A DNA stretch of 47,185 bases from Minisyncoccota bacterium (GCA_040904025.1 JBBDUG010000008.1:1-47185), one strand, 5' to 3'. Counted from the first letter of the stretch, positions 24,781 through 34,044 are shown. The notes: generated from the letters alone by a model not told the origin. A program made the numbers and translations.

Positions 24781-25560
24781 TCACTGCTTCCTGGCAGACG
24801 AAACGCCGACGTAGCCGCCGCGGCGGCCGTCCCAATAGAGGTCGACGTCCAGACCCTCGGCATCGAAGTAGCCGACGCGGACGCGGTAGCCGTCCGAGTC
24901 GAGATCAGCGCAACGAACGTAGATCTTCTCGAACAAGCGTTCCCCAGTAGCGAGGAAATGGCCAACCATGGTGTAAACCACGATCCGAGCAGTCGGCGTT
25001 TCCTCGTCTTTCGAGAGGAGTGCCTGCTGATCGTTCCACGTCTTCGAGGTCGAGTTGACGATCGGTTCCTTGCGGACGAGCTGCCAGCCGACTTCGCCCT
25101 TATCCTTGGCGAACGCTTGCTTGTCATACCAGTCCTGTGAGTAAAACAGGGTCTGGTTTTCGAGCTTGCGGGTGACGCCACGGATGTCGAGGATCGACAG
25201 CGGGAAGACGGCGACGAGGATGTGAGTGTCCTTGCAGGACTTCAGCACTTCCTCGCTGAACGGAACTTCTGCCAAGTAAGCGAGCTGTTGCTTCGTGGTG
25301 TTAACCCCGAAGTGTTTGATCGCTTCCTCGATGCCGAAGAAGTTCTTGCCCATGATCGCGCGGGCGAGCTTCTGTGACGTTGACGGCTCGTAACCGCCGT
25401 TGACCATGAGTCGTGCGATGTTCGCCACGAATGCAGGGTCGGTGTTGATGCGGGATGCGACTTCTTCGGCGTTGTCGCCGATCGCTACCCACAGACGTTG
25501 ATTGGCGGCATTGATGTCGCCAGCGGGGACTTGAGTCCATGTTTTCATGATGGTTTTCAT
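24781..25560 (-). CDS. DGR3 target protein (259 aa, no signal peptide, C-terminal variable region)
   Basis: C-terminus encoded by VR3; ARAIMGKNFFGIEEA and TGERLF segments. Confidence 0.92.
   Translation of the reverse strand: MKTIMKTWTQVPAGDINAANQRLWVAIGDNAEEVASRINTDPAFVANIARLMVNGGYEPSTSQKLARAIMGKNFFGIEEAIKHFGVNTTKQQLAYLAEVPFSEEVLKSCKDTHILVAVFPLSILDIRGVTRKLENQTLFYSQDWYDKQAFAKDKGEVGWQLVRKEPIVNSTSKTWNDQQALLSKDEETPTARIVVYTMVGHFLATGERLFEKIYVRCADLDSDGYRVRVGYFDAEGLDVDLYWDGRRGGYVGVSSARKQ
24790..24905 (-). repeat. DGR3 variable repeat (VR3)
   Basis: All 9 TR AAC codons are changed (Y,R,Y,D,D,L,R,G,Y). Confidence 0.97.
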
Positions 25561-25734
25561 GATGTGCGCCTTTTTCTGTTAGCCTTTTTGAAATTATCTC
25601 GAAGGCGACTGGATTTGAGCATACGATCTCAAAATTACGTCTTGTCTCAGTTTGAGACGAGCTTTCTAGGCCCTCAAATAAGGCACAAAAAGCTCGTCTC
25701 AAGCAGTGATTTCCTATCAAAGAACTACAGATAT

Positions 25735-25763
25735 ATCATATCAAATAAATAAGCATTTGTCAA
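25735..25763 (-). promoter_or_regulatory. Sigma70-like promoter for the DGR3 target
   Basis: TTGACA-17 nt-TATGAT on the minus strand; the leader has a 14 bp inverted repeat (25652-25665/25689-25702). Confidence 0.65.
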
Positions 25764-25882
25764 TGGTTTTGGCGATCTGTCAAATGTCGGCAACTCAGGC
25801 TTAGCAGAACATACTTTCAGCGATATGATTCCAATAGATAGCAAAAATTGGTATCATGTACTTGTACAACTGAATATGTGGT

Positions 25883-26061
25883 GACCTAACCCCTCAAGTT
25901 TCTTGAGGATATGGTCGAAAATCCGTCCAAAGTAAAGAACTCCTAATCAGAGCTACTTTGGACGGTCATATCGGGAAACTGGTATGGGCACTCCCTACGG
26001 GGTTTGTCGGCCTGGTTAGGAGCTTTTTGCTACCTGACCAAAACTAAATCCGTCCAAAATA
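25883..26061 (+). ncRNA. C4-antisense-like structured RNA with flanking complementary boxes
   Basis: Closing stem CTCCTAATCAG/CTGGTTAGGAG; internal TACTTTGGACGG is complementary to CCGTCCAAAGTA upstream and nearly so to CCGTCCAAAATA just before the ATG at 26062. Confidence 0.55.
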
Positions 26062-26820
26062 ATGAATACAACACAGTCTCCTCACGGAGACGATTTTAAG
26101 ATATTAATACAAGAACGAATCAACAACTTCTTTGGGTATGGCAATCTAGACAGCGACATCTGGTTTGTCGGTATGGAAGAGGGCTTTGATGGGTCAATGG
26201 AGTTGCTGTATGAGCGATTCAAAACCACGAACAACAAAATAGTCTGCGATATTGTGGAAGACATGCAAACCAGTCCCGACCATTTGCGTTGGTTTGAAGA
26301 CAACGCACCAACACAGAAAACATATCGACCGCTCATTTTCATTCATCTATACCTAACAACTGGCAAAGAGCCGACACTTGAAGAAGTGCGTGAGTTTCAA
26401 ATACAACAGTTCGGCAGAAAACAATCCGACCACACAGTGCTTGAACTAATGCCGTTGCCGTCTAAGTCAATCAAAGAAGCAGACTGGTTATATGGTGATT
26501 TCAATATTGAAGGATTAGGTTCTCGCAAAGAGTACCTAAAAACATACAAACCAAAGCAAGTGCATAAGCTCCAAGAGCTAATACATCAACACAAACCTAA
26601 ACTCGTCCTTTTCTATTCACGTACGTACCTCGCAGACTGGCAACAGATTGCCAGTGTTCCATTTGAGGAAGTCATACCAAAGAAGCTCCACACAGCAAGG
26701 AACCACGGCACTGTATATGCTGTGGTTCCTCACGCCACTTCATTCGGTATGTCGAATGGAGATTGGCGAGATATTGCTGAACGGATTAGTAGCGTACTAC
26801 ATATCTCCGTTATCGTATAA
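26062..26820 (+). CDS. Hypothetical protein, possibly uracil-DNA-glycosylase-like fold
   Basis: 252 aa; GYGNLDSDIWFVGMEEG and VVPHATS resemble UDG-superfamily motifs A and B; the functional call is weak. Confidence 0.55.
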   Translation: MNTTQSPHGDDFKILIQERINNFFGYGNLDSDIWFVGMEEGFDGSMELLYERFKTTNNKIVCDIVEDMQTSPDHLRWFEDNAPTQKTYRPLIFIHLYLTTGKEPTLEEVREFQIQQFGRKQSDHTVLELMPLPSKSIKEADWLYGDFNIEGLGSRKEYLKTYKPKQVHKLQELIHQHKPKLVLFYSRTYLADWQQIASVPFEEVIPKKLHTARNHGTVYAVVPHATSFGMSNGDWRDIAERISSVLHISVIV

Positions 26821-27039
26821 GTCTAGTATCTGACCTCTCTCACTGAAGAACTCCTTATAGGTCATACCTGTCATGTGCTCAATGCACTCTCGCACAAGAT
26901 TCACCCTATACTCGTTGTTTGGGTTGCGTTCTGCGAGAATAATTAGACTGCACGCCATCTGACACATCAGAAGATGCTTCTCTTCAACATGTTGTTCCAA
27001 CCACTCTGTGCGGTTTTTATAGTAGCCAATGTATTCCAT
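26797..27039 (-). CDS. Hypothetical protein
   Basis: 80 aa ORF directly downstream of, and co-oriented with, 27060-27464. Confidence 0.55.
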   Translation of the reverse strand: MEYIGYYKNRTEWLEQHVEEKHLLMCQMACSLIILAERNPNNEYRVNLVRECIEHMTGMTYKEFFSERGQILDLYDNGDM

Positions 27040-27059
27040 AGCTATTTCAATTAATGTGA

Positions 27060-27464
27060 TTAATCATTCTCCTTCGCTTCCTTAAGCTCTTTCTCCAAGC
27101 GAACACGCTCAGGATCAACTGGACTGATAACGATCTCGGTAATGTGTCCTGGTTCATTAGCCACGTCCCAGAAGTTTTTTGGGCGAGGTCGAGCGTAGTT
27201 TTTCTTGTTGTTATCAAGCCAGTACTGAATTGCTCGCTGTTTTCCTTGGTTGATGTTGGTAATCAATTTGCTTTCAGCAAGGTCATTGATGGAATCAATT
27301 CCCGAAACCAGAGCATCCTCGACTCGGGCGTCAAAGTCTGAATCCTCACGACACCAGCGGTACACGGTATTGCGAGCGATGCCAACTTTTTCACATGCCA
27401 GTGAGATGTTAGGAATCTTGCGAAGCTCCTCCAGAAAGGACTTCTCCTTGCGGTACTTCTTCAT
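27060..27464 (-). CDS. HTH protein resembling phage terminase small subunits
   Basis: FLEELRKIPNISLACEKVGIARNTVYRWCREDSDF...DLAESKL...AIQYWL. Confidence 0.7.
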   Translation of the reverse strand: MKKYRKEKSFLEELRKIPNISLACEKVGIARNTVYRWCREDSDFDARVEDALVSGIDSINDLAESKLITNINQGKQRAIQYWLDNNKKNYARPRPKNFWDVANEPGHITEIVISPVDPERVRLEKELKEAKEND

Positions 27465-28737
27465 TGTTTCTGATTACCGTGGCTTTCTCGCCAGTTAGTG
27501 CCTCGTACCGCTTGATAGCAAGATCACAGAATGCTGGTTCAATCTCGACTGCATACACTCGACGCTTCAACTTCACGCCAGCCATAATGAGACTCGATGA
27601 TCCCGAGAAGGAATCCAAAATGATGTCATTCATGCGGGTACAGCGACGAATAGCTTTCTCATAAAGCTCACTTGGCTTCATGGTAGAATGCTTATATTCG
27701 TTCCCTGACAATCGCTTCACTGGCCAGACATCGACGGTATCGAGTGCTTGAGCAAGCAGATCATCGCCTGTAGTCATCTCAGCGTTCATGACCTCATTGG
27801 TCTTGTTCACGCCTTTAACGATGTACGGCTTTCCTCGTGTGCTGTATGTACACGGCTCAAATGCTTTGTTAAAAGCAACACCTGGGACAGGATTTTGTGG
27901 TGACTTCAACCACAAGCACACTCTGCGGTTAGTGAGTCCAAGTTCTCGGTACAACAGCTGAATCGCCCAAATGTATGTCTGGTCACTCCAATAGAAGACG
28001 TGTGCATCATCCTTGGTGACGGCAAGTGCCGCCTCCATGCTCTTGCGAAGGAATGACACATACTCCTCGTCAGTCTTGTTGTCGTCAACCGTACCGCCAT
28101 AGTTTTGTTTTCCACCTATTCCGCCGTTGTACGAAACGTCGAGATTGTACAAAGGGTCAGAAATTATGCAGGTCGCTCGCTCATCACCAAAGAGTTTCTG
28201 AAGTGTCTCTGGTTTGGTGGAGTCTCCGCAAATCAACTTGCTTGTCCCGAGGAGAATGATGTCTCCGAGCTTTGTGGTTGGATCGGTGATTTGCTCAAGC
28301 TCCTTTTCAACGTCGAAGTTGTCGTCTTTGAGTCGCTCGTTCCAGAGGTCGTCCAATGACTTTTGATCAAATCCCAATTCAACCAAAAGCGATGGTTCGA
28401 AGTCCTTCAAAAGATCGTAGTCCCAGTCAGCATGAATCGAATTGCTTCCGATCATGTACCGCTCCGCTTCCTCATCTGTGAGTTTGCGGTTAGGGACTCT
28501 GACATCAATCATTTCGTCGCCTCGACCGAGAGCGATGAGCACCTTTACCCTCATGTGACCCGCTAGAATGGTGTTATCGAGGTCCAGTGCAGGTATCTCA
28601 ACAATGTTATAGCGTTCAAGACTCTGCTTGAGTCGCTCCATCTGGTCTTTGGTAATTTTGCGTGGAGATTTTTTGTGAGGGAGCAGGTCGCTCACTCGGC
28701 GTTTCTCCGTACGCCACTGTAGTTTCTCTTCTAACAT
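27409..28737 (-). CDS. ParB-like N-terminal domain + N4/N6 DNA methyltransferase (motifs degenerate)
   Basis: ILAGHMR, LICGDST, SDPLYN (cf. DPPY), HSTMKP, LDSFSGSS (cf. DPFxGSG). Confidence 0.85.
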   Translation of the reverse strand: MLEEKLQWRTEKRRVSDLLPHKKSPRKITKDQMERLKQSLERYNIVEIPALDLDNTILAGHMRVKVLIALGRGDEMIDVRVPNRKLTDEEAERYMIGSNSIHADWDYDLLKDFEPSLLVELGFDQKSLDDLWNERLKDDNFDVEKELEQITDPTTKLGDIILLGTSKLICGDSTKPETLQKLFGDERATCIISDPLYNLDVSYNGGIGGKQNYGGTVDDNKTDEEYVSFLRKSMEAALAVTKDDAHVFYWSDQTYIWAIQLLYRELGLTNRRVCLWLKSPQNPVPGVAFNKAFEPCTYSTRGKPYIVKGVNKTNEVMNAEMTTGDDLLAQALDTVDVWPVKRLSGNEYKHSTMKPSELYEKAIRRCTRMNDIILDSFSGSSSLIMAGVKLKRRVYAVEIEPAFCDLAIKRYEALTGEKATVIRNNEEVPQGEVLSGGASQDS

Positions 28738-29078
28738 ATGTAGGTGAGATTACGAGACGTGCTCCTTGTATGCAGTCCGTCTCACCGATTAATTACGGGA
28801 TTGTATTCCCGTAGTTGTTTTCTTTACACTCATTATATCACTCAAAATCGCACCTCATTTTGTGTGCAAGGATACGTCAAATACCCTTATTTAAAAGGAT
28901 ATTATAGAAATTAAGGAGAGAAAATCGTCATTTTGATGCTTTAAAAAATTGAAATTCGATTGGTTTACTAAGTGGTGCTGAGAAAGTATAAGTTTGCAGT
29001 ATTATTCCAAGTTGTGTATATTGTGTACAAAGTTGTGTTCTTTTACGTTGCAAATCACTCCATTATATGATATAATGG

Positions 29079-29759
29079 ATGGACATGAAGAAAATCACTC
29101 TTACATCAAAACAGCAAGAAACGCTTGAGTACATCAAGACGTACATTGCTAGGAATAGCGAATCACCTACTATCACAGAAATGCAGAAGGATTTAGGTCT
29201 CGATTCACTTCGTAGTGTTACCCAACGGATTGAAGCCCTCGAATCAAAAGGACTCATTAAACGTGACCGCTTCCAGCATCGTAGTATTCGAATATTGGAT
29301 ACTAACCCTCACGAACCAAAAGGAACAATACAGGTTCCTGTAATTGCAACTGCTGGTTGCGATGCTGCGGAGGTGTACGCACAAGAACAGTACGATGAAT
29401 TTCTACAAATTGATCCGACACTTACGAAAGGTGTTCGAGATATTGTTGCACTTAAAGCATCTGGTAACAGTATGATTGATGCCGGAATTCATAATGGCGA
29501 TTATGTACTCGTGGAGGTGACGGAGAATGTAGCAAATGGAGATCGTGTGGTTGCAATTCTTGAAGATATGGCTGTGATAAAAACACTTCGGCGTACAGCT
29601 GACACGACTGTTCTTATTCCAGAATCTAAAGGTAATGGGTATTCGCCTATCGTGATGAGTAACGAGAATTCAAAAATTTTCGGTAAGGTGTTAAGCGTGA
29701 TTCCGATGAATTTTAATGATGACTACGAAATTATTTATGACAAAGATATTAAACATTAA
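29079..29759 (+). CDS. lexA: LexA-family repressor with S24 peptidase domain
   Basis: LTSKQQETLEYI...SPTITE wHTH, TAG Ala-Gly cleavage site, GNSMIDAGI catalytic Ser, VIK Lys. Confidence 0.88.
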   Translation: MDMKKITLTSKQQETLEYIKTYIARNSESPTITEMQKDLGLDSLRSVTQRIEALESKGLIKRDRFQHRSIRILDTNPHEPKGTIQVPVIATAGCDAAEVYAQEQYDEFLQIDPTLTKGVRDIVALKASGNSMIDAGIHNGDYVLVEVTENVANGDRVVAILEDMAVIKTLRRTADTTVLIPESKGNGYSPIVMSNENSKIFGKVLSVIPMNFNDDYEIIYDKDIKH

Positions 29760-29764
29760 ACAAT

Positions 29765-29974
29765 ATGACAAAGAAATACATTAAAAACGCTGGAAAACAT
29801 TGGACACCGACAGAGATTAAACAACTACGCGAACTTGCAAAGAAAAACACTCCAACACGTGTGATTGGTTTGAAGTTGGGTCGACCAGAGGGTGGAGTCT
29901 ATTCCAAAGCATCCGAAAAAAATATTAATCTGAAACCGACCAATCAATCGCCATATAACCGACGTAAAAAATAG
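29765..29974 (+). CDS. Small basic HTH-like protein
   Basis: 69 aa; WTPTEIKQLRELA...RVIGLKLGR; tightly packed between lexA and the effector gene. Confidence 0.75.
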   Translation: MTKKYIKNAGKHWTPTEIKQLRELAKKNTPTRVIGLKLGRPEGGVYSKASEKNINLKPTNQSPYNRRKK

Positions 29975-29975
29975 T

Positions 29976-31166
29976 ATGTCAGGAAAGAACACACCTAAAA
30001 AACGAAGTCGTCCCACAATACCTATCAAAACCCAACTCCAACTTTGGGTCAAAGCTGGAGGACGATGTGAGCATCCAGGCTGTAATGAGATCGTGTTAAG
30101 AGATAAAACTACCCTCAGCGAAGGTAACTATTCAAATATTGCTCATATTATTTCATGGACACCAACTGGGCCACGTGGTGACAAAAAACTGTCATCAAAA
30201 CTCGCAAAGGACTTATCTAATTTAATGTTGATGTGTTTAGATCATTCCAAAAAGATTGACAGACGTGAGCACTTCGCTCTTTATACTATTGATTATTTAC
30301 GTAAGGCGAAGAGCGACCACGAAGATCGTATTAACATACAGACGAGTATTGACCCCTCACGCAAAACTACAGTAGTACGATTGCAGTCGAATATTCGAGG
30401 TCGTCGTGTAGAAGTTGATCGAGCCGATGCGTACACTGCATTGATTACGGCGGATCGTTATCCAAACGACGAAAAAGGTATTTTTATCGACTTAACCAAT
30501 CTTAATTACGATACTGAAAATTCTTCCTGGGATGTCGCGGTAAAGAAAGTTGATGCTGAGGTAAGTCGTTTGCATACGATAGGCAACGACGAACGTAAGG
30601 AATCACACCTATCGGTTTTCGCCTTAGCGCCAATCCCTGTACTAGCATATCTTGGTTACGCACTAGGTAATATCATAAACACTGATATCTATATAAAGCG
30701 ACGTGAACAGCCGTGGAGTATCACGTCTGCCGAACCTACCTTGTCTTTAAAGCTGATAAGGTCACGTAATTTAATGAAGTCAAAAACGGTAGGTCTCACT
30801 GTAGCAATCAGTGGTGAGCCCTCAAATGAAGACATTAGACACCATATTGGAAAGGCACCCTTGTACACAATAACTGTGAAGAAGCCAGAGCTTGATCAAA
30901 TTATTTCATCTGAAGATTTAGAAGCGTTTCGAAAGATTTACCGTGAGACACTGGACGAAATACAGATGAAGCATGGTAAGAGATGCGAAGTGCATCTTTT
31001 TGGGGCAATGCCCACATGTGCAGCGATAGTATGTGGTCGTGAAATACTTCATGGAACAGACCCTGTAATCACAGTGTACGAATATGTAAGTCAAGAAGAA
31101 GGATATGTATCAGCAATTAAATTTAACAATATAAGGTATGGTGCGACCAAAAAAGCACATAATTAA
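29976..31166 (+). CDS. CBASS effector, HNH nuclease-SAVED (Cap5-like)
   Basis: GGRCEHPGC, IAHII, GPRG, NLMLMC.DH...ID HNH domain; SVFALAPIP.LAYLG and VHLFGAMP SAVED motifs. Confidence 0.88.
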   Translation: MSGKNTPKKRSRPTIPIKTQLQLWVKAGGRCEHPGCNEIVLRDKTTLSEGNYSNIAHIISWTPTGPRGDKKLSSKLAKDLSNLMLMCLDHSKKIDRREHFALYTIDYLRKAKSDHEDRINIQTSIDPSRKTTVVRLQSNIRGRRVEVDRADAYTALITADRYPNDEKGIFIDLTNLNYDTENSSWDVAVKKVDAEVSRLHTIGNDERKESHLSVFALAPIPVLAYLGYALGNIINTDIYIKRREQPWSITSAEPTLSLKLIRSRNLMKSKTVGLTVAISGEPSNEDIRHHIGKAPLYTITVKKPELDQIISSEDLEAFRKIYRETLDEIQMKHGKRCEVHLFGAMPTCAAIVCGREILHGTDPVITVYEYVSQEEGYVSAIKFNNIRYGATKKAHN

Positions 31167-31174
31167 GTATTACT

Positions 31175-32176
31175 ATGTCAAACATAAATAAAATTTTTGA
31201 AGATTTTCTAGAGAATACGGTGAATCTAAACTCATCTCGATTTGAGAAGGTAGAGAAAGCCGAGGAAACTTTGAGCAAATTTGTAAAGGAGAGCGAAACA
31301 TTTAAGGATCTATACGTTGAAACAACACGTCAAGGATCAGCTCGGCAAAAGACCATCATCAAGCCAGTTGGTGACAAGGATGAGTTTGATGTTGATCTTC
31401 TTATTACTCTTAAGGAAAATAGCGAATGGTCACCATCTGATTACCACTCACACTTAGCTGAACTATTTAAAGATTCAGATAGGTATGAAGATATTACTGA
31501 CACTCGTGGCAAAACACGCTGTGTGACAATTAATTACAAAAGTGATTTTCATGTCGATCTTGTTCCAGCAATAGAGCGTGATGGACAGATGTACATATTT
31601 AATAAATCAACCGATGAGGAGGAGTGTACTGACGGTGACGGATATGCTCAGTGGTTTGAACAGCAAGACGCACATGCTAGTGGCTATCTAGTTCCTGTCG
31701 TTCGGCTCGTTAAGTATTTACGTGATTCACGTAATGACTTCGACACAAGATCTGTAATCCTTACGACGATTATTGCGATGCAAGTGCAACCCGAGGACAG
31801 TTTTAAGAGCATCTCTGACGCATTCGCTACAATTATGGAACGTGTAGATGTTTTTCTGTCAGAACATAACGAGGCTCCAACAATTGAAAATCCAGCAATG
31901 GATGATGATCCTTTTGATCGGAAATGGAAAGATGACAATAATAAATCTTTTAAATCATTAAAGAAAGCCATTAATTCGTACACAGATATTATCTCCGATA
32001 CTGATTCGTTGGAGCAGTGGCAAGAATTGTTCGGGGATAAATTTAAAGAGGCGGATGCGGATGGAGATAAAAGTAATAAAACTGGTGGTGTAACCACTGC
32101 AACTGCGGCTTCAGGATTTGTTGTTGGAGGTTCACACACACCCACTGGTCAATGGTCTAATGACGATGATAACTAA
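31175..32176 (+). CDS. CBASS cGAS/DncV-like nucleotidyltransferase (CD-NTase)
   Basis: QGS...TIIKP...EFDVD, KTRCVTINY...FHVDLVP, VRLVKYLRD, NP; long flexible C-terminal tail. Confidence 0.9.
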   Translation: MSNINKIFEDFLENTVNLNSSRFEKVEKAEETLSKFVKESETFKDLYVETTRQGSARQKTIIKPVGDKDEFDVDLLITLKENSEWSPSDYHSHLAELFKDSDRYEDITDTRGKTRCVTINYKSDFHVDLVPAIERDGQMYIFNKSTDEEECTDGDGYAQWFEQQDAHASGYLVPVVRLVKYLRDSRNDFDTRSVILTTIIAMQVQPEDSFKSISDAFATIMERVDVFLSEHNEAPTIENPAMDDDPFDRKWKDDNNKSFKSLKKAINSYTDIISDTDSLEQWQELFGDKFKEADADGDKSNKTGGVTTATAASGFVVGGSHTPTGQWSNDDDN

Positions 32177-32858
32177 AGAAGAAATTGAATGGCTCAACCA
32201 TAATTTTCCTGATCTTCAAGTAAATAACGAAAGCAATGTTATTGAGGGAACTGTTTGGTTCAACTCCGTCTATGACAAGGTGGCGAATGAGTTCACAGCT
32301 TTCCCTAAGCCCGGTGTTGTTTATGCGGGTGAGATGTTTGCAGGTAAATATGAGGTCAAAATTACTAAGAGCGACAAGAAACGTAGAGTGCCTGAGTTGC
32401 AAGTCTTTATAGATCAAAGTAAGTGGATCCCTAATAGACATTTCTACGATATTGGATACGGCAAGGCTTGTGTTGCTGGTCCTGTAGAAGAAGATAATCT
32501 TTTTACCCGATATAGTTTCTACGAATATTTTGAAAGATTTGTAATTCAGTTTTTATATGCCCAATCATATTTTGATAAACACGGTAAGTGGCCGTGGTTT
32601 GCGTACGCTCACAACGCCGCTGGAATTTTAGAGTCATTCAGCAAAAGTGAAAAGACTAAATCGCAAACTTTAGCCTGTCTTAAACGCCTAAAAGCAAATA
32701 GGCGTTGGGACGAAGTTAGATCGATTCTAGGTGGTCGTTTTGATGGAAAGAAGTGTCTTTGTGGTAGTAAAAGTATGCTCAATAAGTGTCATGCAAATTT
32801 AGTTTGGGTTGCCCGTGATTTTTGCAATACAGCAAAGGGGTATGGGATAAATATATAG
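32166..32858 (+). CDS. Prokaryotic E2-like protein with C-terminal SEC-C-like motif (CBASS accessory)
   Basis: RHFY....GKAC resembles the E2 His...Cys site; FVIQFLYAQSYF..HGKWPW..YAH; CLCGS.....KCH; start overlaps the CD-NTase stop. Confidence 0.65.
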   Translation: MITKEEIEWLNHNFPDLQVNNESNVIEGTVWFNSVYDKVANEFTAFPKPGVVYAGEMFAGKYEVKITKSDKKRRVPELQVFIDQSKWIPNRHFYDIGYGKACVAGPVEEDNLFTRYSFYEYFERFVIQFLYAQSYFDKHGKWPWFAYAHNAAGILESFSKSEKTKSQTLACLKRLKANRRWDEVRSILGGRFDGKKCLCGSKSMLNKCHANLVWVARDFCNTAKGYGINI

Positions 32859-32863
32859 TGACT

Positions 32864-33286
32864 ATGTTTGATGTAATCTTTAAAAATTATTGTTTGCTCT
32901 CCGATATCCCAACTTCACAGTCTTTCTTTGGCCGGTTCTGGAAAGGTGCACTTACCGTTTGGGTGGACTACTGGCCGTACATTATCGGATTTTTTGTCAT
33001 TGTTGTCATCAGTGAACTCCTTACGAGGCATAGAAATCCATACAACTCAGCTAATGGCTTTACGCCAGACTTCAACCGACTCGTTGGTAGTCTTACGTAC
33101 ATGTTGTTACAACTACTTCTATATTTCGCTATATATTTAATAGTAGGTAATGTCGCATATTGTTTTTCATGGCCATACATAGCCCATGTACTAGTCTTTT
33201 CACTTAATTTCGCTTTTCTTCACGGTATCGGTTTCTGGCCAGAGAGACCAAAACCAAAGCGATATCGACGAAGACGAAAGTGGTAA
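32864..33286 (+). CDS. Small multi-pass membrane protein
   Basis: Three hydrophobic segments and a basic C-terminus; ATG 5 bp after the preceding stop. Confidence 0.65.
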   Translation: MFDVIFKNYCLLSDIPTSQSFFGRFWKGALTVWVDYWPYIIGFFVIVVISELLTRHRNPYNSANGFTPDFNRLVGSLTYMLLQLLLYFAIYLIVGNVAYCFSWPYIAHVLVFSLNFAFLHGIGFWPERPKPKRYRRRRKW

Positions 33287-33436
33287 AAAGTGTCACTTTT
33301 GTCACTTTTTGCTCCTCTCGAGAAGGGTCGTTAAGGATTTAAGGTGAATAGCTACGAAAGCCTTACGGGGCAATGAATCCACTTGGTTCCATCACGATTC
33401 GGCTCACAAATTGAAACTTCTTCAAAAACCTGTGCT

Positions 33437-33898
33437 CTAGTCTGCAAGAACAACGGCAGGGTAGGAGGAGAGTTGGCTACAACCTAGCCAGGTACGAGAC
33501 CAATCCCAATGGTCACCACGCCAACGGAGACAACGAACACCAGATCTGCCATCAGGGTATCGATAGATTGTTCCCCAGAAGAACGGAAAAACTTCTCTCC
33601 AGCTCTCCGGGATAAGTTCTTGGTGCTCGATAAGGTAGTCGAGAACATTTGCACTGAGAACAGATTGATCTTGAATAATTTCTTGAAGATCTGAACCAAC
33701 AATTATTTCATCTTTTTGTTTATTGAGTAGAAACAACTCAACCTTTTTTCCATCGATACACAAGTGCTCTGCACATCGTTCAATTTGAATAATTCCTTCG
33801 CCTCTGTGCTCTAAAATCTCCCAGTCTTTACTCGGAAGGTATGGATCCCCAGACAAATCAACAGATGTGGATGTATTATTTTTCATAACAAAATTCAA
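33437..33898 (-). CDS. Hypothetical protein resembling CPR DGR-target proteins
   Basis: LSANVLDYLIEHQELIPESW...FFWGTIYR...VRCLRW...W...WL...PAVV; aromatic-rich C-terminus; no matching TR in this window. Confidence 0.6.
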   Translation of the reverse strand: MNFVMKNNTSTSVDLSGDPYLPSKDWEILEHRGEGIIQIERCAEHLCIDGKKVELFLLNKQKDEIIVGSDLQEIIQDQSVLSANVLDYLIEHQELIPESWREVFPFFWGTIYRYPDGRSGVRCLRWRGDHWDWSRTWLGCSQLSSYPAVVLAD

Positions 33899-34044
33899 GG
33901 TATTTAAACTTGTCTTAACATTCTACCTAACCATCTTACACAATAATGTATATATAGACACTCAGTTGAGCATCTCTAGTGTATTAGTGGAAACGGATAT
34001 ATTGAACGAGTTGGTCTATTAGATTATCAAATGTTCGAGGTCTA

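Noticed and set aside
7394-24905. Cross-targeting of one TR to several VRs within the window
   Set aside because: Each TR aligns only with its neighbouring VR; no additional VR copies were seen by eye.
33290-33410. TCAC-containing sites as attR for the second recombinase
   Set aside because: A 4 bp core occurs often by chance and there is no supporting arm homology.
15253-34044. Intact prophage or conjugative element
   Set aside because: No capsid, portal, large terminase, tail, relaxase or T4SS genes were recognised.
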